Shown in pieces: positions 10,303 through 19,681 of a DNA stretch of 64,000 nt; position 1 is the first letter of the stretch; each line of letters begins with the position of its first letter. The DNA is from Minisyncoccota bacterium (GTDB taxonomy: Bacteria; Patescibacteriota; Minisyncoccia; Phycocordibacterales; Phycocordibacteraceae): the NCBI GenBank assembly GCA_041666305.1, contig JBAYHD010000002.1:684-64683 (forward strand), written 5' to 3'. The position numbers and the translations under genes were made by a program. The notes beneath the pieces were generated by a model. That model worked only from the letters and a program-made list of their open reading frames with translations. It was not told the DNA's origin and did no database searches.

Positions 10303-11168
10303 CGACTCTCCCGGTCATCATTAAAGCGGACGGGTCGAAGGAAGTATTCGATCCGACGCGTCTCGTCATATCGCTGCGTCGAGCGGGTGCCGGAGAACAC
10401 GCGGCCGAACGCATAACGAATGCGATCACTGAAACGGTTGTGCCAGGCGTTACCTCAAAAGAAATATATTCGCGCGCGTTCGCGCTCCTTCGCAAAGAGG
10501 CGCGTCCAGTGGCCGCACGCTACGCGCTTCGGCGCGCGCTTCTGGACCTCGGCCCTACGGGGCATCCGTTCGAAGATTTCATTTCGCATTTGTATCGTGC
10601 GGAGGGTTGGCAGGTTGAAACGCGCAAGATCATTAAAGGGAAGTGCGTATCGCACGAGGTCGATTTTTATGCATCTCATCCCGATCAGAAGGAATACATC
10701 GCCGCCGAGCTCAAATATCATAATGACCCCGGATATAAGACCGATCTCAAGAACGCGCTGTATGTGAAGAGCCGTTTTGATGATATTTTTGCATGCGACC
10801 CGAGCGTGCGCGGCTGTCCGATAAACCGCGGCATCTTGGTTACCAATACCAAATTCACTTCCGAAGCCATTGCGTATGCTGAATGCGCCGGTGTCGAGCT
10901 CCTTGGATGGAGCTATCCGTTGAACGATAGTTTGTACACGCGCATGAGCCGTTCAAAGATATATCCGATAACGACGGTCACGGGATTATCCCGCGCAGAA
11001 AAGACCATTCTTCTTGACCGGGGGATCATTGCTGTCGATGAGATATTGCAGGATAGGCGGGTGCTTGACCCGCTCCACCTTGACAGCGAACGGGTCGGCG
11101 AGCTTCTGGCGGAGATAGAAGGGTTGCTTGCGCTGCCTTCGGCCGCTCATGATATTGTTTCCGTATGA
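10299..11168 (+). CDS. ATP-cone domain + Mrr-like PD-(D/E)XK nuclease domain protein
   Basis: IIKADGSKEVFDPTRLVISL (ATP cone); G.PFE.F...GKCVSHEVD...ELKYH...LVTNTKFT..A..YA.C.G..LLGW.YP. Confidence 0.8.
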   Translation: MTTLPVIIKADGSKEVFDPTRLVISLRRAGAGEHAAERITNAITETVVPGVTSKEIYSRAFALLRKEARPVAARYALRRALLDLGPTGHPFEDFISHLYRAEGWQVETRKIIKGKCVSHEVDFYASHPDQKEYIAAELKYHNDPGYKTDLKNALYVKSRFDDIFACDPSVRGCPINRGILVTNTKFTSEAIAYAECAGVELLGWSYPLNDSLYTRMSRSKIYPITTVTGLSRAEKTILLDRGIIAVDEILQDRRVLDPLHLDSERVGELLAEIEGLLALPSAAHDIVSV

Positions 11169-11268
11169 CCCGACACACTCAAATAGCCTTGCGAGACGAT
11201 GATGGAGCTCGTAACGCGCTCAAGCGAGGATTACCGGAAGGCCTTCGAGGCCGTTTAGTGTGACGGGT

Positions 11269-11742
11269 ATGATGCGATTTTCAACAGAGTCTTTTGTCGC
11301 CGGAGTCATGCTGGGGGCGGTGTTGGTGGGGGCATGGTTTTTCGGCGGAGACATACGTTCACTGCCGTTCGCGTCTTCAGGATTTCTCGCGACGTCCACG
11401 GCATCCTCGTTCCAGGAGAGCGGAGCGGTATCCGTTGTTGATCAGCCGGCTGGTTCCAGCGTTGCGGTTGAATCCGTTACCGTGCCGCCGCCGGGCGTGT
11501 GGGTTGCGGTGCGCGAAGTGAACGGCGTCGATCTCGGCAACGTACTCGGTGCGGCGCGCGTGGTTGGTCCGCACAGCGACGTCATTGTTTCGCTTTTGCG
11601 CCCCACCGAGCCGAAGCGCTCCTACGCGATAGAACTCTACCGTGATGATAATAATGGGGCGTTTGATCCTTCGGCGAACAGCGTGTACGTTGATTTTGAA
11701 ACCGGTGCGCGCGTGGTCTCCTACTTCACGACTACTCAATGA
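11269..11742 (+). CDS. hypothetical membrane-anchored protein
   Basis: N-terminal TM; V.DQPAG..V.V..V...WVAVRE...LGNVLGA pattern seen in CPR proteins. Confidence 0.7.
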   Translation: MMRFSTESFVAGVMLGAVLVGAWFFGGDIRSLPFASSGFLATSTASSFQESGAVSVVDQPAGSSVAVESVTVPPPGVWVAVREVNGVDLGNVLGAARVVGPHSDVIVSLLRPTEPKRSYAIELYRDDNNGAFDPSANSVYVDFETGARVVSYFTTTQ

Positions 11743-12518
11743 GCAAGTATTACAAACCCGACCGTAATCCTGGTTGGAATTATGGCGGGAAGAATTGGCG
11801 TCTTTCACGATCGAAAATCGGTCTTTTTTTAGATTGCGCCCGGTGTTTTTATTTAGATAATAAATTAGGCACAGCTCGGCCGCCGGGGTACCCTTTCAAC
11901 CTGAATTCTGCGGTTGACGCTCTGTTAAAGAAAGAGTTTGATATCCATCGAGTCGGAAAGACAGCACATCCTCTCATGGAGACCTATGGTATTGATGCAA
12001 TACCATTTGAGCACGCAGATTTAGACGTCTGGCGTGAGAACTTTAAAGGAATCGAGATAACTCATGAACCGACCGGATTCAGAATTTCAGGAGCGATAGA
12101 TGATGTGTGGGTCAAGCCTGATGGCGAGCTTGTAATTGTTGATTATAAATCGACAAGCAAAGAGCAGAGGATAGAAGCCTTGGACGAGGAGTGGCATGAC
12201 GGCTATAAACGCCAAATGGAAACATACCAGTGGCTGTTCCGACAAAGCGGATTTAAAGTATCCAATACGGGCTATTTCGTATATGCCAATGCCGATAAAG
12301 ATAAGAAAGCATTTGATGGGGTTCTTACCTTTGAATTGACACTCATACCCTATGAAGGCAATGACTCTTGGGTGGAGTACACTCTCAGAGATATTAAAAC
12401 CTGTCTGGACAGCGACGCGATACCTGATGCGTATCCTGACTGCGACTATTGCCGGTATCGTACTGTCGCCGGAACGAAGCTGCTCGCTCTTCATAAAGAT
12501 ACCAAGGGGAAGGAATAG
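11739..12518 (+). CDS. PD-(D/E)XK nuclease, Cas4/AddB-like
   Basis: LSRSKI..F..C.RCFY, GAIDDVW...IVDYKST, QMETY, C-terminal CDYC. Confidence 0.85.
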   Translation: MSKYYKPDRNPGWNYGGKNWRLSRSKIGLFLDCARCFYLDNKLGTARPPGYPFNLNSAVDALLKKEFDIHRVGKTAHPLMETYGIDAIPFEHADLDVWRENFKGIEITHEPTGFRISGAIDDVWVKPDGELVIVDYKSTSKEQRIEALDEEWHDGYKRQMETYQWLFRQSGFKVSNTGYFVYANADKDKKAFDGVLTFELTLIPYEGNDSWVEYTLRDIKTCLDSDAIPDAYPDCDYCRYRTVAGTKLLALHKDTKGKE

Positions 12519-12528
12519 AATACTGCGT

Positions 12529-12786
12529 ATGAAAAGCCTGTTTGCCGAACGTGTCCGAGATATAGTTCGCCAAATCCCGAAAGGGCAAACACTTTCATAT
12601 ATGAGAGTAGCCGCTATTGCTGGCAATCCTGGCGCCGCGCGAGCTGTGGGCACGGTGATGAAAAATAATTTTGACCCGCTGGTGCCGTGCCATCGCGTCG
12701 TCCGCGCTGACGGGAAGGTGGGCGATTATAATCGCGGCGGTGAACGAGCGAAGAAGCGCTTGTTAGAGAAAGAAGGCGCATTATGA
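12529..12786 (+). CDS. minimal O6-alkylguanine alkyltransferase (MGMT family)
   Basis: IPKGQTLSY..VA...G.PGAARAVG...VPCHRVV with catalytic Cys. Confidence 0.88.
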   Translation: MKSLFAERVRDIVRQIPKGQTLSYMRVAAIAGNPGAARAVGTVMKNNFDPLVPCHRVVRADGKVGDYNRGGERAKKRLLEKEGAL

Positions 12787-13451
12787 ATGTAAAAATAGAT
12801 CCGTCATGGGCGAGGCACTTGAAGGGCGAATTTGAAAAGGCTTATTTTGAAGAGCTGACGAGATTCGTGAAGAATGAATACAAAAACGGCGCCGTGTACC
12901 CAGCGCCGAAGAATATTTTTCGTGCATTCGACCTGTGCCCGTTCGAAAAAGTGAAAGTGGTTATCCTCGGACAGGACCCGTACCACGGCGTTCGTCAGGC
13001 GAACGGCCTCGCGTTCGCCGTGGAGAGCACCGAGAAAATTCCACCGTCGCTTCAAAATATTTTTAAAGAAATTGAGAGCGATCTTCACGGGCCGCTTGTG
13101 CATGCAGACGGCGACCTCTCGCGCTGGGCGAAACAGGGCGTGTTGCTCCTCAATGCAACACTCACCGTGCGAGCCGGCATAGCCGGCTCGCACCAGGAGA
13201 AGGGGTGGGAGCAATTTACCGACGCTGTCATCAAAGCGCTTTCGGAGGAACACGAACATCTCGTTTTTATGCTCTGGGGCAATTATGCGAAGGCGAAGGG
13301 CGCACACATCGACCGCAGTAAGCACCTCGTGCTTGAAGCTCCGCATCCCTCGCCATTCTCCGCCGCCTCCGGCTTTTTCGGCTGTAAGCACTTCTCTAAA
13401 GCAAATGACTACCTCGTCGCTCACAACGAAACCCCGATAGACTGGTTGTGA
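12783..13451 (+). CDS. ung: uracil-DNA glycosylase family 1
   Basis: GQDPYH, PPSLQNIFKE, GVLLLN, HPSPFS. Confidence 0.96.
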   Translation: MNVKIDPSWARHLKGEFEKAYFEELTRFVKNEYKNGAVYPAPKNIFRAFDLCPFEKVKVVILGQDPYHGVRQANGLAFAVESTEKIPPSLQNIFKEIESDLHGPLVHADGDLSRWAKQGVLLLNATLTVRAGIAGSHQEKGWEQFTDAVIKALSEEHEHLVFMLWGNYAKAKGAHIDRSKHLVLEAPHPSPFSAASGFFGCKHFSKANDYLVAHNETPIDWL

Positions 13452-13492
13452 ATATGCGATTGTAAAACGGCACGCTCCTGTATACTCACACT

Positions 13493-13996
13493 ATGAAGAA
13501 AATAGTTTGGTGGATTTTAGGAATTACCCTCCTATCATATGTCGCTATCCGTATAGCCCCTGAGCTTTTCGTTTTCTTTGGTCAATTACTTGTTTTGCTA
13601 CCACTTCTGCTACCCATTTATGGTGTGTACTGGTATATGAAAAGGCCAAGGAAACAAAATATGACTCAGATTTCAACAAATTCATTACCGAATCAGGAAA
13701 GAAGTCCTATAAACAAGACTCTAGAAGTCGTTGGTGTGGGCTTCATGTACTTCTTTTTTATCGGTATGGGTCTAATGAATATGGCCAATTGTCGAGGAAA
13801 TGAATGTGACACATTCACAACATCTTTTGCCTTGGGCTGTATATGGTTGATAATCAGTCTTCTTGGTTTCGTCTATACTGTGTACATGAACGGATCATCT
13901 ACCAACAAGTGGTTACTGGTATTTAAACCTTACATCGCACTTCCAATTTTCTTTGCCATAATCTTTATGGGTCAACCACTGATAAGTGGTTACTAA
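13493..13996 (+). CDS. hypothetical membrane protein (AT-rich, likely acquired)
   Basis: 167 aa, about 5 hydrophobic segments, markedly lower GC than neighbours; TATACT 6 nt before ATG. Confidence 0.7.
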   Translation: MKKIVWWILGITLLSYVAIRIAPELFVFFGQLLVLLPLLLPIYGVYWYMKRPRKQNMTQISTNSLPNQERSPINKTLEVVGVGFMYFFFIGMGLMNMANCRGNECDTFTTSFALGCIWLIISLLGFVYTVYMNGSSTNKWLLVFKPYIALPIFFAIIFMGQPLISGY

Positions 13997-14029
13997 ATTG
14001 GATCGGAAAGTCAGACTTTCCGGAAATTC

Positions 14030-14374
14030 GACGGAGATTTAACACGATGGGCCGAGCAGGGCGTATTGCTCCTCAATGCCACGCTCACCGTGCGAGCCGG
14101 CATAGCCGGCTCGCACCAGGAGAAGGGGTGGGAACAATTCACCGATGCCGTTATCAAGGCACTCTCAGAAGAGCGCGAGCATCTCGTTTTCATGCTCTGG
14201 GGCAATTATGCGAAGGCGAAGGGCGCACACATCGACCGCAGTAAGCACCTCGTGCTTGAAGCTCCGCACCCCTCGCCATTCTCCGCCGCATCCGGCTTTT
14301 TCGGGTGCAAACATTTCAGCCGTGCGAACGAGTATCTTATTTCCCACAACGAAACCCCCATCGACTGGCTCTAG
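14030..14374 (+). pseudogene. ung: 3' half duplicate of ung (no N-terminal catalytic GQDPY part)
   Basis: [16 protein letters not shown]...ETPIDWL nearly identical in protein to 13105-13451; mostly synonymous differences. Confidence 0.88.
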
Positions 14375-14417
14375 CTACTTGGAGGCGAGGCCTCCAAGTA
14401 GGCCCCCAAGTAGCTAG
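14371..14417. repeat. nested palindromic (REP-like) element
   Basis: CTAGCTACTTGGAGGC-GAG-GCCTCCAAGTAG-GCCCCCAAGTAGCTAG. Confidence 0.7.
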
Positions 14418-14495
14418 ATTGATAAGTTCAAGAAGTAGGCGTAAAATCGCGGAGGTTCAAATCGTTGTTTCCATTAACGTTCTTGGGAGTCAGAC

Positions 14496-15248
14496 ATGCA
14501 AAAATTGAAGCAGGAAGCGGCGGCAAATCTTGCGGCGCTTGCACGGAATCCTTATCCGGGTCGCGTCATCATCATTGGTTTGGACCAAAAGGGCGAGAAC
14601 TTGGTTCAGGTCTATGCCATCATGGGTCGGAGCGAAAACAGCCGAAATCGCGTCTTCGGATACGAGGGCGGAAGAGTTTTCACCGAAGCCGCAAATCCGG
14701 CAAAAATGAAAGACCCGCGGCTGGTGATCTACAACGCCATGCGCGAGGTTTTGGTCCCAGGCATGGACAGCACCATGAACGTCGTCAGCAACGGCGATCA
14801 GACTGACAAAGTCGCCGATGGCTACAAGGAGGACAAGAGTTTCCAAGCGACGTTGAGCCAGTGCAAATATGAACCGGATGCTCCGAACTTCACTCCGCGC
14901 ATCACGGCGTCCAGCTACTGGCTCCGCAGCGGGAAGCCCGTCGGCCTCATGTCTTTGTTGCGTAAGTCGCCGTGGAGCGACGAATGCGATCGGCATTTGC
15001 ACGAAATCAACGGCTTCGGCCAGGGTTTCGGGCATTGTCTCACCACGTACCTGGGGGACGGCGATCCGTTGCCGGCATATCGCGGCGAGCCGCGTCTGAT
15101 GCCGCTTCTGGGCGACCTCGATTGGATCGCCGATATGTACTGGGAAATGCTGGACCCGGGCAACCGCGTGTCGCTCGCGGTGAAGTTCATTCCGCGGCTC
15201 GGTCTTTCAAGCACGGTCATCAGGAATCAGTATTCGAAAGTAGCCTGA
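14496..15248 (+). CDS. IMP cyclohydrolase-like protein (PurO-like Ntn fold)
   Basis: NPYPGR.IIIG...YAIMGRSENSRNRVF, DPRLVIYN, VSNGDQTD, YEPDAPNFTPRI. Confidence 0.85.
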   Translation: MQKLKQEAAANLAALARNPYPGRVIIIGLDQKGENLVQVYAIMGRSENSRNRVFGYEGGRVFTEAANPAKMKDPRLVIYNAMREVLVPGMDSTMNVVSNGDQTDKVADGYKEDKSFQATLSQCKYEPDAPNFTPRITASSYWLRSGKPVGLMSLLRKSPWSDECDRHLHEINGFGQGFGHCLTTYLGDGDPLPAYRGEPRLMPLLGDLDWIADMYWEMLDPGNRVSLAVKFIPRLGLSSTVIRNQYSKVA

Positions 15249-15303
15249 TACGGCTGTGCGGCCGAAAAAATTGCGCCCGTCGGGACCAGTCCCGCGGGCG
15301 CGT

Positions 15304-15675
15304 TTATTTTTCCCAGTACGGTTTGAAATTCTCTATTTCTGAAATAAGCGCTTCGGCGGTTTCGCCCTTGTAACAAATGGCGCGGTCGTCGATGTATACA
15401 TGCGCGATGGGTTTCCCCGGATTATCTCCCTCTATGTCCGGTCGGTGATTTATATAATCGAACGGTACATTGAACTGTTCGCAGTACTTTTTCACGAATT
15501 CATCTCCGCGTGTCGTGTGGATGAGTATCTTGCATCCTTTTTCTTGGAGAAGTTTCATTGCCTGCACGACTTCGGGATTCGGCTCCTCGGTATTTTCTTT
15601 GGAAACAAATCCGTTATATGAGGCGATGACGCCGTCAAAATCAAACGCAATAACCGGAGCTTCGGACATAGTCAT
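15304..15675 (-). CDS. small HAD-superfamily phosphatase-like protein
   Basis: IAFDFDGVI, IHTTR, KP.AHVYIDDRA. Confidence 0.8.
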   Translation of the reverse strand: MTMSEAPVIAFDFDGVIASYNGFVSKENTEEPNPEVVQAMKLLQEKGCKILIHTTRGDEFVKKYCEQFNVPFDYINHRPDIEGDNPGKPIAHVYIDDRAICYKGETAEALISEIENFKPYWEK

Positions 15676-15803
15676 ACTAGTGTAACAAATCAATCACTAC
15701 CAAGCGAAGTTTATTTCAGGGCTTACTACCAAACGAGCCGAGCAGTGAATACATTCGATGTATTCATTCGAGGCAAGTGCAGGTAGAAAATCGTTCTTAC
15801 GTC

Positions 15804-17768
15804 TTACCAAATCTTTGCACGGTCCTTGGGAGCGCGATACAGCCTGTCGCCTTTTTTCACCCCGAATGCTTCGTAAAATTCGGGAAGATTTGAGGCCGGA
15901 CCGTTGATGCGATATTTCCCTGGAGAGTGGGGATCGGTGAGCACCGCCGTCTTTTCCGACTCCGGCCGGCGGTTCTCTCTTTCAAAAAGTCCGAAGCTCA
16001 GGAAGAAACGCTGTTCAGGTGTGAAGCCATCGATGTCTTTCCGGCCGGTTTTTTCGAGGCGATGCTTGTAGGCATCGTAGGCGATGGAGGCTCCGCCAAG
16101 GTCCGCAATATTTTCACCGAGTGTCAGTTGCCCGTTTACTTTGAGCCCATCGGCAACCGTATACCCGTTATATTCCTTAACGAGAACTTTCGCTTTCGCA
16201 TCGAAAAGCGTTTGGTCCTTTTTTGTCCACCAGGTTTTTCGATTTCCTTTGCCGTCAAACTTGGATCCTTGGTCGTCGAAACCGTGTGTTATCTCATGAC
16301 CGATGACCGAGCCGATCGAGCCGTAATTGACCGCATCATCGGCATTCGTATCAAAAAAAGGCGGTTGAAGGATAGCGGCAGGGAATACGACTTCATTCAG
16401 ACCGAAGTTGCAGTAGGCATTCACCGTTTGCGGGGTCATGAACCATTCGGTGCGGTCGACACGTTTTTTCAAACGACGCATTGCGCGAGCGTGCTCAAAG
16501 AGCGATGCGCGGACCGCATTGCCGAAATACTCGTCGGGTTTGATGACAAGTCCTTTGTAGCTCTTCCATGTATCGGGGTAGCCCAGTTTGCGTGTCATTT
16601 GATGGAGCTTCCGTACGGCCTTCTTCTTCGTCGTGTCGCTCATCCAGTCCAAGTTTTTGATGCGCGCCTCATATGCTTCGAAAAGATCGGCGACGACTAC
16701 TTTTATTTTATGCTTCGCCTCGGGGCCGAAATATTCTTTTACATAGAGTTTGCCAAGCACTTCGCCGAGGTTGCCATTGACCGCGCTGAGTGCTCGGCGC
16801 CACGCGGGCTTCATCACCTTCACGCCGGAAAGCGCCGTGCCGTAAAAAGCAAAGTTCTGCTTTTCAAATTTTGAAGAGAGATAGCTTGCTGATCCGCCGA
16901 CGAGATGCCACGAAAGATACGTCTTCCAATCTCCGATGGATACACTCGAAAGCATCGAATTCATTGACTTCAAAAACTTCGGTTGCATAACGATTACTTC
17001 ATGGATTTTCTTTGCACCGACAATGTTGAAATACGCATCCCAATCAACATTCGGTGCAAGCTTGTGAAGCGCCGAAACACGCATTTTGTGGTACGTCTTA
17101 TCGACGTCGCGCAAATCCTCTTTGGTCATGGAAATCTTCGCAATAGCCGTTTCAATGCGCATGATCGTCTCTCTATCCTTTTTCGCTTCCGTCCCGGACT
17201 TATTCATGAGCGCGGAAATCGCCTCGAGATGCTTTTGATACGCCGTGCGCACGCGCACCGACTCCGCATCATCTTTCAGATAGTAATCGCGGTCGGGCAT
17301 TCCGAGTCCGCTTTGGCCGATGTAGATGATGTATTTCTCGCTATTTTTCATATCCTGGTCGATCATGAGTCCCCACGGTCCTCCTCCGCCGATTTTTTCG
17401 AGGTGAGCAATAGTGGAGACGAGCGAACGAACGTCTTTGATGTTCGCGATACGGTCCAGCCACGGTCGGAGCGGCTTCATCCCGAGCGCAGTACGCTTTT
17501 TCATATCCAAACCGGAGCGGTAGAAATCCCGAACCATTTGCTCGGGACTGCCCGCGGCACAGCGCTTCAGATTTTGCACTTTTGTGACGAGCGCGCGGAG
17601 TTTTTTCTCCGTGTCATAGCGAAGCATCAGAAATGAGCCCCAACGCGACTCGTGCGGCGGTATCGGATTTTTCTTCAACCACCCGCCGTTCACGTAGTGG
17701 TAAAAATCGTCTTGCGGGCGCACCTTCGTGTCCATATCTCGCGTATCAAATCCCCATCCGTTTTTCAT
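15804..17768 (-). CDS. pepO: M13 family metallopeptidase (PepO)
   Basis: RPQDDFYHYVNG, PQTVNAY, GHEITHGFDDQG, GENIADLGG, DPHSP. Confidence 0.93.
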   Translation of the reverse strand: MKNGWGFDTRDMDTKVRPQDDFYHYVNGGWLKKNPIPPHESRWGSFLMLRYDTEKKLRALVTKVQNLKRCAAGSPEQMVRDFYRSGLDMKKRTALGMKPLRPWLDRIANIKDVRSLVSTIAHLEKIGGGGPWGLMIDQDMKNSEKYIIYIGQSGLGMPDRDYYLKDDAESVRVRTAYQKHLEAISALMNKSGTEAKKDRETIMRIETAIAKISMTKEDLRDVDKTYHKMRVSALHKLAPNVDWDAYFNIVGAKKIHEVIVMQPKFLKSMNSMLSSVSIGDWKTYLSWHLVGGSASYLSSKFEKQNFAFYGTALSGVKVMKPAWRRALSAVNGNLGEVLGKLYVKEYFGPEAKHKIKVVVADLFEAYEARIKNLDWMSDTTKKKAVRKLHQMTRKLGYPDTWKSYKGLVIKPDEYFGNAVRASLFEHARAMRRLKKRVDRTEWFMTPQTVNAYCNFGLNEVVFPAAILQPPFFDTNADDAVNYGSIGSVIGHEITHGFDDQGSKFDGKGNRKTWWTKKDQTLFDAKAKVLVKEYNGYTVADGLKVNGQLTLGENIADLGGASIAYDAYKHRLEKTGRKDIDGFTPEQRFFLSFGLFERENRRPESEKTAVLTDPHSPGKYRINGPASNLPEFYEAFGVKKGDRLYRAPKDRAKIW

Positions 17769-17814
17769 GCCCGCATAGTATATGAATCCGTTGCCTCGTG
17801 CTATCTTTTCCCAT

Positions 17815-19677
17815 ATGACCGTCGGAGATGTACGCAAGCGATATCTCGATTTTTTCGCGAAGCGGAACCACGCAATAATACCGGGCGCCGCTATCGTGCC
17901 GGAGAACGATCCGACCACGCTTTTTACCAGTAGCGGGATGCAGCCACTCGTGCCGTATCTTCTAGGGCAAGCACATCCTGAGGGCACGCGGCTGGCCGAC
18001 TCCCAGCCGTCATTCCGCGCAGAAGACATAGAAGAAGTGGGCGACAACCGCCACACGACCTTTTTTGAAATGCTGGGCAATTGGTCTTTGGGTGACTATT
18101 TCAAACAAGAACAGCTCCCATGGTTCTTTGAATTCCTTACTTCTGCGGAAGAAGGTCTCGGGCTCGACGCTGACAAATTGTACGTGACGGTTTTCGGGGG
18201 CGACCGAGAAAGCAAAATGGAAGCAGATACGGAATCGGTAGACCTGTGGAAAAAACTATTCAGTGAAAAAGGAATTGAAGCGAAATTTGTAGAGCTCGAT
18301 ACGGAAGAAAATGGCGGTGAATTCGGCATGCAGGGCGGGCGCATTTTCTCCTATGGCGCGCGGAAAAATTGGTGGAGCAGGGCAGGGGTTCCGACGAAAA
18401 TGCCGCCCGGTGAGATAGGCGGACCGGATTCGGAAGTTTTTTATGATTTCGGTACGCCGCACGACACAAAATTCGGAGTGTACTGTCATCCGAATTGCGA
18501 TTGCGGACGGTTCGTAGAAATAGGCAATTCGGTTTTTATGCAGTTCATAAAAAATGCCGACGGTACGTTCAGCGAATTGCCGAAACAAAATGTAGATTTT
18601 GGCGGCGGATTGGAACGCCTGAACGCCGCGACGCACGAGAATCCGGATATCTTCTCCATTGATGTATTCGATGCCGCCCGCGACATAATCGAAAAACGCT
18701 CCGGAAAGAAATATAGCGATGACGGCGCCACACGCTCGTTCCGCATCATTCTCGACCACATGCGCGCGGCGTCATTTTTCATTGCATCCGGCATTAAGCC
18801 TGCTAATACCGAGCAGGGGTACATTTTGCGGCGCCTCATCCGTCGTTCCATCCGAGAAGCGGATAAGCTTGGCATCAAAGAAGCGGTGCTCGCGGAAGTT
18901 GCGGAAGATTACGGCGCCGCGTATGCGGACGCATATCCGTTCGTGCAAGACGCAGGGCGCACTATCCGCGAAGAATTGGAGAAAGAGGAGGTGCAATTTC
19001 GCAAGACGCTCGCGCATGGTTTGCGTGAACTTGAGAAAATGGGGAACAATATTGATGCGTTCATGCTGTACACGACCTACGGATTCCCGGTGGAACTCAC
19101 CGCGGAGATAGCGAAAGAACGCGGTATAAAAATAGATCTTGCGAGCGTGCGCGAACAAATGGAGAAACACCAGGCGCTTTCGCGCGAAGGCGCTGCGCAG
19201 AAATTTGCGGGTGGCCTCGCGGACCAAGCCGAACAGACTGTGCGGTATCACACGGCGCACCATCTGCTCCTCAAAGCACTCCAAACAGTGCTCGGGCCCG
19301 AGGTGCATCAGCGCGGGAGCAACATCACCAGCGAGCGCCTGCGCATAGACTTTTCATACGGACAGAAAATGACGCCGGAACAGAAAACGGAAGTGGAAAA
19401 GATAGTGAATGAAAAGATCGCCGAGGCGCTGCCGGTCATCCGTACCGATATGAAAAAGGAGGAGGCGGAAAAACTCGGTGCCGAACACGAATTCGGCGCA
19501 ACCTATCCCGATATCGTGTCGGTGTATTCGGTCGGCCCCCTCGATCATGCATTTTCCATAGAGTTCTGCGGCGGCCCGCACGTGAGCAATACCAGCGAAC
19601 TGAAAGGCACATTTAAAATTTTGAAAGAAGAAGCGTCGTCCGCCGGCGTTCGCCGCATCAAAGCGGTGCTAGAATAA
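17815..19677 (+). CDS. alaS: alanine--tRNA ligase (short form lacking C-Ala domain)
   Basis: DPTTLFTSSGMQP, HTTFFEMLGNWSLGDYFK, HTAHHLL, EFCGGPHV editing motifs. Confidence 0.96.
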   Translation: MTVGDVRKRYLDFFAKRNHAIIPGAAIVPENDPTTLFTSSGMQPLVPYLLGQAHPEGTRLADSQPSFRAEDIEEVGDNRHTTFFEMLGNWSLGDYFKQEQLPWFFEFLTSAEEGLGLDADKLYVTVFGGDRESKMEADTESVDLWKKLFSEKGIEAKFVELDTEENGGEFGMQGGRIFSYGARKNWWSRAGVPTKMPPGEIGGPDSEVFYDFGTPHDTKFGVYCHPNCDCGRFVEIGNSVFMQFIKNADGTFSELPKQNVDFGGGLERLNAATHENPDIFSIDVFDAARDIIEKRSGKKYSDDGATRSFRIILDHMRAASFFIASGIKPANTEQGYILRRLIRRSIREADKLGIKEAVLAEVAEDYGAAYADAYPFVQDAGRTIREELEKEEVQFRKTLAHGLRELEKMGNNIDAFMLYTTYGFPVELTAEIAKERGIKIDLASVREQMEKHQALSREGAAQKFAGGLADQAEQTVRYHTAHHLLLKALQTVLGPEVHQRGSNITSERLRIDFSYGQKMTPEQKTEVEKIVNEKIAEALPVIRTDMKKEEAEKLGAEHEFGATYPDIVSVYSVGPLDHAFSIEFCGGPHVSNTSELKGTFKILKEEASSAGVRRIKAVLE

Positions 19678-19681
19678 TTGA

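Noticed and set aside
11175-11258. Possible SRP RNA or riboswitch in the intergenic gap (CCGGAAGG)
   Set aside because: Lacks the CAGG...GGAA...AGCAG SRP loop consensus; only weak hairpins.
11739-12518. Cas4 as part of a CRISPR-Cas system
   Set aside because: Solo PD-(D/E)XK nuclease with no cas1/cas2 or array nearby.
13105-14374. Diversity-generating retroelement TR/VR pair
   Set aside because: Differences are mostly synonymous and not adenine-specific; no reverse transcriptase is present.
15695-15790. Intergenic segment with CTACCAA repeat and GAATACAT-TCG-ATGTATTC hairpin
   Set aside because: Single copy in the window; cannot be told apart from an ordinary terminator or decayed repeat.
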